Translations under genes and position numbers: made by a program
Shown here: positions 50,480 through 59,554 of the stretch, piece by piece
Layout of the letters: each line of letters starts with the position of its first letter
Numbering within the stretch: position 1 is the stretch's first letter
Assembly: GCA_031292055.1 (NCBI GenBank)
Contig: JARLHV010000050.1
Span: forward strand, 37,369-101,368
From: Desulfosporosinus sp.
GTDB lineage: Bacteria > Bacillota > Desulfitobacteriia > Desulfitobacteriales > Desulfitobacteriaceae
Direction of reading: 5' to 3'
DNA: 64,000 nucleotides
The notes under the pieces: generated by a model
What the model was told of the DNA's origin: nothing
Database searches by the model: none
The model's input: the letters and a program-made list of their open reading frames with translations, nothing else

Positions 50480-50803
50480 ATGAGAATGCTGGGGGAATTT
50501 TTCCCGGAGTTCGTACAAAAGCTTGATGAGATGGATGCCTTGTATAATGAAAAGCGAATGATTGACGAAAAGACCTATCAATTCATTTGCTTTGCCCTTT
50601 CGATTAAGGCTCGTTCAAAACCTTGCGTCTTAAAGCACTTTAAAGGAGCCCTTGAAGCAGGGGCTACTGTTCAAGAAATATCGTATATTTTTGCCTTGGT
50701 AATGCGTGAGGCTGCAGGTGCCGACGACTGCTGGACCCACGATGTCATTGGTGATTGGAAAGAGATTTTGGCTGGAAATATCCACTGTGATTGTCAAAAA
50801 TAA
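50480..50803 (+). CDS. Carboxymuconolactone decarboxylase (AhpD-like) family protein
   Basis: IDEKTYQFICFALSI...CVLKHFKGALEAGAT; ATG after GGAGGTG. Confidence 0.8.
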   Translation: MRMLGEFFPEFVQKLDEMDALYNEKRMIDEKTYQFICFALSIKARSKPCVLKHFKGALEAGATVQEISYIFALVMREAAGADDCWTHDVIGDWKEILAGNIHCDCQK

Positions 50804-50966
50804 GTGTTCTAAAGGCTGTTGATAATATCAACAGCCTTTAGGGGTAGAAGAAAAAATTAGAGATGAATTTGGTAAAAACGCGACTCACTGTTGTGGTTTT
50901 AAATGGAATTATTCTAATAGGGCTGATCTGCTTAACTAATAGATTTTAATAATGAGGTGAATATTA

Positions 50967-51383
50967 ATGACCAGAATTAAGGTCGCGTTTGTTTGTGTAC
51001 ACAACTCTTGCCGATCTCAAATCGCTGAGGCTCTGGGCCAAAAACTTGCTGCAGATGTTTTGGAGTCATTTTCAGCGGGTACTGAAACAAAGCCTAATAT
51101 TAACCAGGATGCTGTTCGGATAATAAAACAGCTGTACGATATTAATATGGAAGAGACACAGTTTTCAAAGCTTATTTCGGATATTCCTACACCAGATATT
51201 GTCATTACAATGGGTTGTAATGTGGAGTGTCCCTATATACCTAGTAAGTATCGAGAAGATTGGGGCCTTGAAGATCCGACAGGCAAGAATGATGATGAGT
51301 TTGTAAAGACGGCCAGAGTAATAGAAAATAAGATTTTAGACTTAAAAAAGCGTATCAAAAACGAGCTAAAGGGACTAAGTTAA
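50967..51383 (+). CDS. arsC: Arsenate reductase (LMW-PTP type)
   Basis: FVCVHNSCRSQIAEA (CX5R), ITMGC, WGLEDP. Confidence 0.9.
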   Translation: MTRIKVAFVCVHNSCRSQIAEALGQKLAADVLESFSAGTETKPNINQDAVRIIKQLYDINMEETQFSKLISDIPTPDIVITMGCNVECPYIPSKYREDWGLEDPTGKNDDEFVKTARVIENKILDLKKRIKNELKGLS

Positions 51384-51456
51384 AAAAGAGGCAGGATGTA
51401 TGTTAAACCAAGGAGGGTATTGTGAATTAGCACTGCAGTAGAGGAGGGAACAGTTT

Positions 51457-52461
51457 ATGCAAATTTCCTCAAGAGAACTAAAGATCATTCAAACTTCAAC
51501 GCAATTGACATTTAGTGATATTTTTGGTTCTTGGAAGGCCCGTTGGGGTATTAATAGAATGAATTTCAAGGTAGAGCCCGGACTTTATAGTGTTGGGAAT
51601 CCAGGCAGCTCTTCCCCGGTTCTGGTTACAGCTAATTATAAAATGAGCTTTGACAGCCTGAGAAAAGAATTAAATGAGTTGGATGCATGGATTCTGGTTC
51701 TTGACACTAAAGGTATCAATGTATGGTGTGCTGCTGGAAAAGGAACGTTTGGAACCAAAGAACTTATAAATCGTATTGCAATAGTACAACTAGAGAAAGT
51801 TGTGTCTCATAAAACCATTATAATACCACAATTAGGCGCACCGGGTATAAGTGCTCATGAGGTTTCAAAATTTTCTGGGTTCAAAGTGTTGTATGGGCCT
51901 GTGAAGGCTAAGGATGTAAAAGAATTTATCAAGGCAGGAATGAAAGCTTCTGCTGAAATGAGGACAGTTAGGTTCAGTATTTATGATCGACTGGTCCTAA
52001 CCCCTGTGGATTTGGTAGGTACCTTTAGATTTTCCTTGATGATTTTTGGCATACTCTTTTTGTTAAATCTCCTTGGTTTTGGACCTTTTGGTTTCGTTGA
52101 TTTTTACGCCTATATGGGCGCAGTCTTGGCAGGATGTGTCTTAACTCCAGTCTTGCTGCCTTGGATTCCAGGCAGGGCTTTCGCGTGGAAGGGATGGTTA
52201 GTGGGACTCATTTGGGCCGCGTTCGTTAATGTATTCAATGGTTGGACAGCTGTTCCACTATATAGCGTATTGAGAGCTCTGGGGTATTTACTCGTTCTGC
52301 CTTCTGTATCCGCTTATTATGCAATGAACTTTACAGGTTCTTCAACGTTCACTTCCTTTTCCGGTGTCTTGAAAGAAATGAGAATAGCAGTTCCTGCGAT
52401 TGTAATATCAATATTCTTAGGGATAGTTTTGATTCTGGTTAACAGCTTTATTAAGCTTTAA
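51457..52461 (+). CDS. hgcA: Mercury methylation corrinoid protein HgcA
   Basis: Cap-helix motif TKGINVWCAAGKGTFG, VEPGLY, TANYKMSFD, plus a C-terminal multi-TM domain. Confidence 0.96.
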   Translation: MQISSRELKIIQTSTQLTFSDIFGSWKARWGINRMNFKVEPGLYSVGNPGSSSPVLVTANYKMSFDSLRKELNELDAWILVLDTKGINVWCAAGKGTFGTKELINRIAIVQLEKVVSHKTIIIPQLGAPGISAHEVSKFSGFKVLYGPVKAKDVKEFIKAGMKASAEMRTVRFSIYDRLVLTPVDLVGTFRFSLMIFGILFLLNLLGFGPFGFVDFYAYMGAVLAGCVLTPVLLPWIPGRAFAWKGWLVGLIWAAFVNVFNGWTAVPLYSVLRALGYLLVLPSVSAYYAMNFTGSSTFTSFSGVLKEMRIAVPAIVISIFLGIVLILVNSFIKL

Positions 52462-52473
52462 GGAGTTGTCTTT

Positions 52474-52773
52474 ATGAAGCATCAATATTTGAAAAATGTT
52501 TCTACATTGAAACTGAAGTCAGATCAATGTACGGGCTGTGGAAGGTGCATGGAAGTTTGCCCGCATAATGTTTTTCTGATGGAAGAGAAAAAGTCGGTCA
52601 TTGTTGATAAAGATCGATGTATGGAATGCGGTGCATGCGTCAAAAACTGTCCGTTTGATGCCTTAGAAGTAAAGCAGGGTGTTGGTTGTGCTTACGCTAT
52701 CATTATGGGCTGGCTGACCGGAACTGAACCGAGTTGCGATTGTTCAGATAACAGCAGTGGTAGTTGTTGTTAA
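52474..52773 (+). CDS. hgcB: Mercury methylation ferredoxin HgcB
   Basis: Two CX2CX2CX3C motifs (CTGCGRCMEVCP, CMECGACVKNCP), GVGCA and a Cys-rich tail ending CC; 12 bp after hgcA. Confidence 0.95.
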   Translation: MKHQYLKNVSTLKLKSDQCTGCGRCMEVCPHNVFLMEEKKSVIVDKDRCMECGACVKNCPFDALEVKQGVGCAYAIIMGWLTGTEPSCDCSDNSSGSCC

Positions 52774-52820
52774 TTACGAATTAATTTAGAGTCTGATATT
52801 TAGAGGAGGCAATGAATCTT

Positions 52821-52851
52821 ATGAAGACAAAAGTGCTATTTGTATGTATTC
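52821..52851 (+). pseudogene. 5' stub of a second arsC-like gene
   Basis: RBS GAGGAGG, then MKTKVLFVCI (ArsC start up to the catalytic Cys), followed by an abrupt switch to unrelated sequence. Confidence 0.55.
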
Positions 52852-53420
52852 CCTCCCCAAACTGGGTCGTTTTTCAGAACGATTCAGTTTTAAAACGATT
52901 AAGGACTTGGAGCCGAACCTTTGGGTAAAAATGGTATAACATGAGGACTGCCACAGGAACGGCAAGTTCCAGCATTTTTTAGGAAAAAAATTATAGGTTG
53001 GATATCAGTTATTATATCAAATGTAATTATTATATTTTATCTGGAAGGGTTCATAGGGTTCATATTTTATTCGTTTAAAGGGAATTTAGGATTTTTATTA
53101 TCATTTTTTATTGCACCAATTGGATTAATTATGGGCTATATAGGCAGAAATGAGAATAGGACTATTAAGGTCTTTGGGCAGTATGAAATATTGCTGTTAT
53201 TACTTTTGGCTTTCTTTATTGGCCCATAGGATATATTATTGAAATGTTAGTAAATAAAGCAATAAAGCAATAAAGCAATGGCCCCATGTTTAACGAGGGG
53301 GCTTTATGTAATCTTTTTATCGGACTCAAATCAAATTGTTTCCTTCACAGATCGTCCTGACAAGCATCTGAAATCATGTTACAATATAAGTGTTAAAGTA
53401 AAATTTTGGGAGTTGTTTAT

Positions 53421-53723
53421 ATGAGCGAGTTTCTCTCAAGGCTTCCGGAGGAATTTAAAAAAGATATATACTCTGCAATTGAGATACTTAAGAATGCCGG
53501 ATGCAAAGAAATATTCATTTTTGGCTCATTGGTTACGGGTACTTACAGGGAAGATTCTGATATAGATATTGCCGTAAAGGGATGTTTGCCTGAGAATTAT
53601 TTTGCTTTGTTAGGGAAATTATTGACTACATTAAGCCGTCCTGTCGATTTAATCAATTTAGATAGGGAAGATCCATTTTCACAATACCTTGAAAAGGAAG
53701 GTGATCTTTATCGCGTCTCCTGA
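53421..53723 (+). CDS. Minimal nucleotidyltransferase (MNT) antitoxin
   Basis: IFIFGSLVTG...EDSDIDIAV...PVDLINL. Confidence 0.88.
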   Translation: MSEFLSRLPEEFKKDIYSAIEILKNAGCKEIFIFGSLVTGTYREDSDIDIAVKGCLPENYFALLGKLLTTLSRPVDLINLDREDPFSQYLEKEGDLYRVS

Positions 53724-54171
53724 AAAGGCAATATCTCAAATAATTTTCGAGATACAGCAAATAGATGAATTATTTACTTCCTTCAGCGAATTATTGGAAA
53801 AGAGTAAAGTAGAGGAACCGACTTTAATCGAGCTCACCGCAATAGGCTCAATACTGCATTCCTTTTATAATGGAATAGAGAACATATTTAAAACAATCGG
53901 GAAAAATATTGATGGTGAAATTCCTAGTGGTAACCACTGGCATAGCCAACTCATAAAACAAATGACTGAATCCACATACAAACGTGATTCTATTATTTCA
54001 GATGGTTTGAAAGAAAAATTGGCAGACTACCTGGCATTCAGGCATTTTTATCGCAATTCATATTCCTTTTGGTTAAAATGGAATGAGTTAAAGAAACTGA
54101 CAGACCCTGTGATTATTGTGTGGTCAGAATTTAAGATTGAATTGAAGACATTTATGGATAACCAAATTTAG
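53689..54171 (+). CDS. HEPN (DUF86/HepT-like) ribonuclease
   Basis: LHSFYNGIENIF, HWHSQLI, YLAFRHFYRNSY; overlaps the MNT gene; exact start uncertain. Confidence 0.85.
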   Translation: MKRKVIFIASPEKAISQIIFEIQQIDELFTSFSELLEKSKVEEPTLIELTAIGSILHSFYNGIENIFKTIGKNIDGEIPSGNHWHSQLIKQMTESTYKRDSIISDGLKEKLADYLAFRHFYRNSYSFWLKWNELKKLTDPVIIVWSEFKIELKTFMDNQI

Positions 54172-54307
54172 TAATAAAAACCATCTTAATGAATGATATT
54201 ACCGCCCTAAAAGACGTTGCCAAAACGTCTTTTTTTCTTTCTTGCAAGCTGGAATAAAGTATACTTCACCAAGGGCGCATTATGAAACAAATAGGCCGAC
54301 GTTTTAG

Positions 54308-54694
54308 TTGGTATCTGTTAAAAGAATAGGAGCATTTTTTCCAGCTAAAGGAGCTGCTACTAAAGCATCAACCAAATTAGCATCCGCTGAGGAAGCTAAA
54401 ATATGCCAAGGCTGCCGTAATGAGGCTGGAGTAATCGCCGTTATTGGTAGAAACAAGCCTTGTTATGTTCATAAATGTATCCAAGAAAAGAGGATCAGCT
54501 TTTGCTGCGATTGTGCCGATTTTCCCTGTGACTACTTACATCCCTACGCTGACCAAGCAGCCCTGAGACCGCACAATACCAAAGTGTTTAACTTGTGCCT
54601 TATCAAGAGAATGGGGTTGGAGAATTGGGCTAAGGAAAAGGCCGGAAATGTCAAAGAAACTTATTATAATGGCAAACTAAAATTGGGTGACTAG
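54308..54694 (+). pseudogene. Chimeric remnant: inverted CWB2 fragment fused to the 3' part of a DUF3795-like Cys-rich gene
   Basis: Minus strand of 54308-54405 reads ILASSADANLVDALVAAPLAGKNAPILLTDTN*; plus strand from ~54405 reads CQGCR...CYVHKC...FCCDCADFPC. Confidence 0.65.
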
Positions 54695-54741
54695 CAGGTT
54701 CGTGCATGAGATGACGTTGTAAGAATTGTGTAAAGAGCAAA

Positions 54742-55239
54742 TCAAATTTTACATTGCCTTTTTTGAATCAAGTATTTATATAGATATAAATCAGACGTTA
54801 GTATTAGTAAATATATAGGAAATGAATAGTATATTTCATAGCCATTCTTATAATGGTATACTCTAAAAAGATCAGCAATATATTCGGTTCCTAGCGCACT
54901 TACACTCCATAAAAAAATGTAGATTGTGTTGTAGGAATTTTCTATTTTAAAGAAGTCATAAAAATAAACAAATAAATAGCCAAAGGGCCCAAAGGTTAGG
55001 TAAGACAAGAAATCTATAAATTGATAAGAAGAACTGTCATTAACGTCGTAATAATCAAAGGGCTTAATGCCTAGTGTATGGTCAAATGTCATTCCAAGAA
55101 AAATAAAGTACATAAAATAAACCAACGATTCTTTTAGAGGGAATCTTCTTGGAAGTTTCCACGTCACTAGAACACCTATTATTAATAGGCCTAGAATAAA
55201 CCATACATTGCTGTAAAACTTTTCATAAACCGTAAACAC
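54742..55239 (-). CDS. Hypothetical membrane protein
   Basis: 165 aa, several aromatic-rich TM segments; directly follows the 55240-55710 gene. Confidence 0.65.
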   Translation of the reverse strand: MFTVYEKFYSNVWFILGLLIIGVLVTWKLPRRFPLKESLVYFMYFIFLGMTFDHTLGIKPFDYYDVNDSSSYQFIDFLSYLTFGPFGYLFVYFYDFFKIENSYNTIYIFLWSVSALGTEYIADLFRVYHYKNGYEIYYSFPIYLLILTSDLYLYKYLIQKRQCKI

Positions 55240-55710
55240 TTATATTAGCTTCCTTTCAGGTGATTTAATGATTAGTTTCGTTATTAAAACTGCAAGTAGC
55301 ATGAGGGCCGCTAATGTAATAGCGGAAGCTAAATATAGGTTCGAACTGTCGCAAGTTAGTAGGCCAATTCTGAATGCTAATAAGTCAATAAAATATAGGG
55401 CTGAAAATATTAAGACTGTTATTATGAATTTTTTCTTTTTACTTTCGAAATTAATTATTAAATTTGCAAAAATAATGAGAGTCAAGGGAATAATAATATT
55501 TCTATGAATTAAAAAACTAATAAACATTTCCCTTTTATTGCTATGCTGAATAAGTTGTAGATTAAGATCCAGTATGGTAAATATATTAATCGTGATAATC
55601 GTAAAGAAAAAAAACAAAAGAAGGTTCTCTTCCGTACTTAATCTTTTAGGGATAAACAAATAAACGCTGATTATTACCCAAGCAATGAAGACAAAGATGG
55701 CTACAGCCAT
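55240..55710 (-). CDS. Hypothetical membrane protein
   Basis: 156 aa, about 5 TM segments; RBS GAGGT. Confidence 0.65.
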   Translation of the reverse strand: MAVAIFVFIAWVIISVYLFIPKRLSTEENLLLFFFFTIITINIFTILDLNLQLIQHSNKREMFISFLIHRNIIIPLTLIIFANLIINFESKKKKFIITVLIFSALYFIDLLAFRIGLLTCDSSNLYLASAITLAALMLLAVLITKLIIKSPERKLI

Positions 55711-56016
55711 AAGATTTACCTCATTTCGCTCAACTTTTTAACTCAATGGAATCTTAAAGACTGTAATTATAAAAACAGCAGAAACGAGTGCAATTAACCA
55801 AGCTCAATGCGGTTCTTTATAGTGTATTTAAGAGTAAACATACCTGGATTAAAACCAGAATAGGTAAGGCTCCAACCGTTTAAATGGGCAAGATGAGTAT
55901 CTGTAATGCCCACCACTTATATGATATTTTATGTCATATATCATAACCTTGAAAATGCAAATTATTCGTTACTGTAACCTTAATTATAGGACTCAATATA
56001 TATATCTTATAGCGCA

Positions 56017-56529
56017 GTGGCTTTGGATCACGTATGTTTTGCTCAATATCGTATTGTTACCTTTGATAGAGATAGTGAACTATCATCATCCATTCAGTAC
56101 TTAAACCAGCGCTCCAATATGTCAAATCGGTATGTTCGAGAACTGCTTGGGTTAATCGCAGCAGAAGAATTAGGGCATATGGAAATCATTTCAGTAGCGA
56201 TTAACAAATTAGGAGGAGAATCACTTACTTGTGTGAACTCCGAAGGCACTCCGTGGGTTATCAACTTTATTGACCAAAGCGTGGATTCTATCAACATGCT
56301 GGAGGTAGATATACAGGCAGAAACCCGGGCAAGCCGTCTATATCATCAACATTTGGAGATGACAAGTGATCCCAACATGAAGCGGATGATTAATTTTCTA
56401 ATCGGTAGGGAAGAGGTGCATAAACGTTTGTTGCAAAAAGCGCTTACGTTAATCCGCGAAACTGGTTCGCCAGAGGAATTCAACGAGTTGATTTATAACT
56501 ATAAGATGAGTTTGCAGGTTTTGGTATAA
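56017..56529 (+). CDS. Manganese catalase / CotJC-like ferritin-fold protein (N-terminus possibly degenerate)
   Basis: ELSSSIQYLNQR, AAEELGHMEII, REEVHKRL di-metal ExxH motifs. Confidence 0.75.
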   Translation: MALDHVCFAQYRIVTFDRDSELSSSIQYLNQRSNMSNRYVRELLGLIAAEELGHMEIISVAINKLGGESLTCVNSEGTPWVINFIDQSVDSINMLEVDIQAETRASRLYHQHLEMTSDPNMKRMINFLIGREEVHKRLLQKALTLIRETGSPEEFNELIYNYKMSLQVLV

Positions 56530-56760
56530 TGATCAGAGCAAAGAAAACGGTCAAATTTTCTTTAACATTTTGTTGGAGTTTGCAAGTGATTTGAGGGGTG
56601 CTAATTTAACCTTTTAAGGTCTTGAATTTCAGGATGCCAATAGTAATTAAGGGGACTGGGGACTACAAAATAACGAGCGAAACCTCATGCATTTAACGCG
56701 TGGGGTTTCGGTGTCTCTATGATTTGATATAATGTTTATATATAGGCGTTAAAAGGAAGG

Positions 56761-57699
56761 ATGAATTATATGCTGAAAGATTGTAAAAATGGAGAAAGGT
56801 TTGAGGGAACTATACTAGTCAACGAATGGAAAGAAGTTCCCTTTCGGCAAAAGCCGGGTGCCTATCTCTCTTTGATATGCCAGGATCGGTCTGGAACGAT
56901 TCAAGGGAAAATGTGGGATTATAAATCCCAAATTCTTATGCTGCTAAAAGATCAAGATATCTTTTACATTAAAGGTGTTGCTTCTGAATACCGTGGTACA
57001 CTTGATCTTACGATTGAAACGATCCGGATAGTTCCTAAAGAGGCTGTGGATTTAGCTGATCTATTACCAAGTTCCCTCATCACAGCTAAGGAGTTGGAAA
57101 ATCGCCTCAGGATTATCTTGGAGAAAATTACCACACCTGAACTCAAAGCCCTGCTGGAACAGTTTTTAACTCACCCGGAATGGGGAACAGCCTATAGGCA
57201 AGCTCCTGCCGCCATGAAAATCCATCAGGCCTATCTTCGAGGGCTTTGGGAGCACAGTGTTAGAGTAGCTGAGATTGTGGATGGAATTGCCGGGCATTAT
57301 CCAGCAATAGATCGCGATTTAGTCCTAACTGGGGCTCTTTTACACGATATGGGGAAGATCTTGGAGTATTCTTACGATAGAGGGATTAAGTTCACAACGG
57401 AAGGAAGACTCCTTGGGCATATTATCTTAGGGATCGAAATTTTAACCGAGGAAATTGCGAAGATTCCGGATTTTCCGAGGGAGTTAAGAGCTAAGTTGGT
57501 GCATATTATTACAAGCCACCATGGAAACTATGAATGGCAATCCCCTAAACGGCCGAAGCTAATGGAAGCTTTGGTGATCCACTATGCGGATGTTATAGAT
57601 GCCGATCTTTTCCAGTTTGAGCAAGCAAAAGAGAACCATCCGGATGATGAATGGTCCCCGTATATACCAAGTATGGAACGCTGTCTTTACTTGAAATAG
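56761..57699 (+). CDS. 3'-5' exoribonuclease YhaM family (OB fold + HD domain)
   Basis: QDRSGTIQGKMW, APAAMKIHQAYLRGLWEHS, LLHDMGK, SHHG, HYADVIDA. Confidence 0.9.
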   Translation: MNYMLKDCKNGERFEGTILVNEWKEVPFRQKPGAYLSLICQDRSGTIQGKMWDYKSQILMLLKDQDIFYIKGVASEYRGTLDLTIETIRIVPKEAVDLADLLPSSLITAKELENRLRIILEKITTPELKALLEQFLTHPEWGTAYRQAPAAMKIHQAYLRGLWEHSVRVAEIVDGIAGHYPAIDRDLVLTGALLHDMGKILEYSYDRGIKFTTEGRLLGHIILGIEILTEEIAKIPDFPRELRAKLVHIITSHHGNYEWQSPKRPKLMEALVIHYADVIDADLFQFEQAKENHPDDEWSPYIPSMERCLYLK

Positions 57700-57753
57700 A
57701 GGAGCGGGAGTGGGCACGATGCACCATGTTGCCTCTATGGTGAACGTGCAATT

Positions 57754-58467
57754 TTATTGGTCTTCAGCCATTAATTTGTATTCCCAAAAGCGATTAGCGA
57801 CGAGGCGCAGGCAAAAGGGATGTTTCCCCCAGAGGTCGGGGTTGTCTAGAGAAAGCATAAGGGCATAGGCTTGACGACAAGTAGATATTAAGGGGTAAAC
57901 CTTAGCAAGATGAGCCAGAACAGACAGAACAGCCTCACGCCGTTCAAGGTGAAATAAGTTCTGAATATAACGGCGACTGTGGGGCGTCAGGTGAAAATGC
58001 GTTAAATCAGACGCAAGGGGGGAGATTTCGTCTGCTGAAAAGGACACCACTCCTAATTCTGGAAGGTCGGCCAAGACATCAGATGTTGGCAAAAATCGAA
58101 TGAGGTGTTCTTGAATTTCGAACGGAGGAAAGGAGAAGACGCCGGGAGTTGCGGCTAAAATCCGAATGCGCAGCAGATTGGCTTGAATCATCGTTTCTTT
58201 TTCCATAAAGTGAGGGGAGTGCTGAGCCATGTAATGAATCAGAGCGGCTATTACTCCATTTCCCTCGCAGGCCTGCTGTTCCCAATAGGGTAACAGGCAC
58301 AGAATATCGTCCGCGAGGGGTGGACAGGACTGATCGAAGAGCTGGTATTCGATAATCGTGCTTAAAGATTCAGGAGTCGGGTTTGCTAGTAAGATGCGTC
58401 GCAGTTCAGGATGGACTGCAAGCGATGCGGATTTTTTATTTTCCGTGCGATTCATCGAAGGGGCCAC
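57754..58467 (-). CDS. Hypothetical protein
   Basis: 237-aa ORF with GGAGG RBS; no recognised motif. Confidence 0.65.
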   Translation of the reverse strand: MAPSMNRTENKKSASLAVHPELRRILLANPTPESLSTIIEYQLFDQSCPPLADDILCLLPYWEQQACEGNGVIAALIHYMAQHSPHFMEKETMIQANLLRIRILAATPGVFSFPPFEIQEHLIRFLPTSDVLADLPELGVVSFSADEISPLASDLTHFHLTPHSRRYIQNLFHLERREAVLSVLAHLAKVYPLISTCRQAYALMLSLDNPDLWGKHPFCLRLVANRFWEYKLMAEDQ

Positions 58468-58846
58468 CTCCGTATATTAATATAGTTGAAGCGTATTACT
58501 TGTAGTTTATGTGATTTGAAGGGTTCTATCCTTAAGAATTTTCCCGTTCCTCTAAATAAACAGAAGAAGAGTCATCTCCATAGACGATCATCCTCATAAT
58601 CGTATAAAGAAACTTGGCTAGCGCCAAGCCTTCGCGAAGGCGGTTCCTTCTCGCCATCCTTGGCTTCAGAGACACTTGGCTATTCATGGACAGCGGTCGC
58701 TCTGATTGCACTTGCATTTATACTTTCTGATAAGTACAAGAAAGGACAGCCTTAATGGGCTGTCCTAGGGGGTATAAGGTTAAGCTTATCCTAAGCGCTT
58801 TACTGACCGCTCTTGCTTGGAATGTTGGAAGTATACCCATTCAGAT

Positions 58847-59302
58847 TCACTGGGCATTGTTATTATGAACCTTGCGGCAATTATGACAATAACCGTATAT
58901 TTCTAAATTGTGTCCGGTAACTTCGAAATCTATCTTATTTTTTAGAGTCTGTTTAAGTTCACCGATTGGACATTCTTCAATAGAAATCAATTTGTGGCAA
59001 CTGACGCAGTAAAGATGGTGTTTGTGCTCATGCTGGTTTAGTTCATACCGTACTTTACCGTCATCTACTCTGCTAGATTTAAGAACTAGGTTCTTAGAGG
59101 TAAATGTATCGAGGGTCCTATAGACAGTCGATAGATTTATCGAAGCAGTCTTTGCCCTTAACATTATAAATAGTTGTTCTGCCGTCAGCGGAGATTCTGA
59201 CTGTTCGAGTAGTTCCAGAATGGCGAATCTGTGTTTAGTGCTTTTCATGCCTTCTTTTTTAAGTACGTCCTTATAGTTAATGTTTTCTGCCAACAAGATC
59301 AT
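58847..59302 (-). CDS. Fur-family regulator, probably Zur
   Basis: STVYRTL, HEHKHHLYCVSC, GYCHNC; divergent from znuACB. Confidence 0.88.
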   Translation of the reverse strand: MILLAENINYKDVLKKEGMKSTKHRFAILELLEQSESPLTAEQLFIMLRAKTASINLSTVYRTLDTFTSKNLVLKSSRVDDGKVRYELNQHEHKHHLYCVSCHKLISIEECPIGELKQTLKNKIDFEVTGHNLEIYGYCHNCRKVHNNNAQ

Positions 59303-59503
59303 TCCTTAATGTTTAATAGTTTTGTAAATCTCTATGTTCATTCTAATCCTTTTAAATATTTTAGCAATATTTAACTTGTCAAAAGTTGTCGAACGTTATG
59401 TATAACTGTTTTACTATGATTGCAAGAAGTTTAAAATTCACGAATAAAGAAGGAAAGAAATGGTTTACAATTATGAATGAGAGAGTATAATAAATGGAGA
59501 GAA

Positions 59504-59524
59504 TGCAAATGGAATGCATTTGCA
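59504..59524. promoter_or_regulatory. Probable Zur/Fur operator
   Basis: TGCAAATG-gaatg-CATTTGCA palindrome downstream of TTTACA-16-TATAAT and 30 bp before znuA. Confidence 0.6.
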
Positions 59525-59554
59525 AATACAAATAAAGAAGGTAAGGTATCTTAG

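Noticed and set aside
51700-51760. Selenocysteine-type HgcA, given the tRNA-Sec in the window
   Set aside because: The cap-helix codon is TGT (Cys; AAT GTA TGG TGT GCT GCT GGA AAA), and hgcA has no in-frame TGA.
53251-53305. ATAAAGCA x3 tandem and hairpin GCCCC...GGGGGC as an IS end
   Set aside because: No transposase, terminal repeat pair or target duplication nearby; most simply a terminator.
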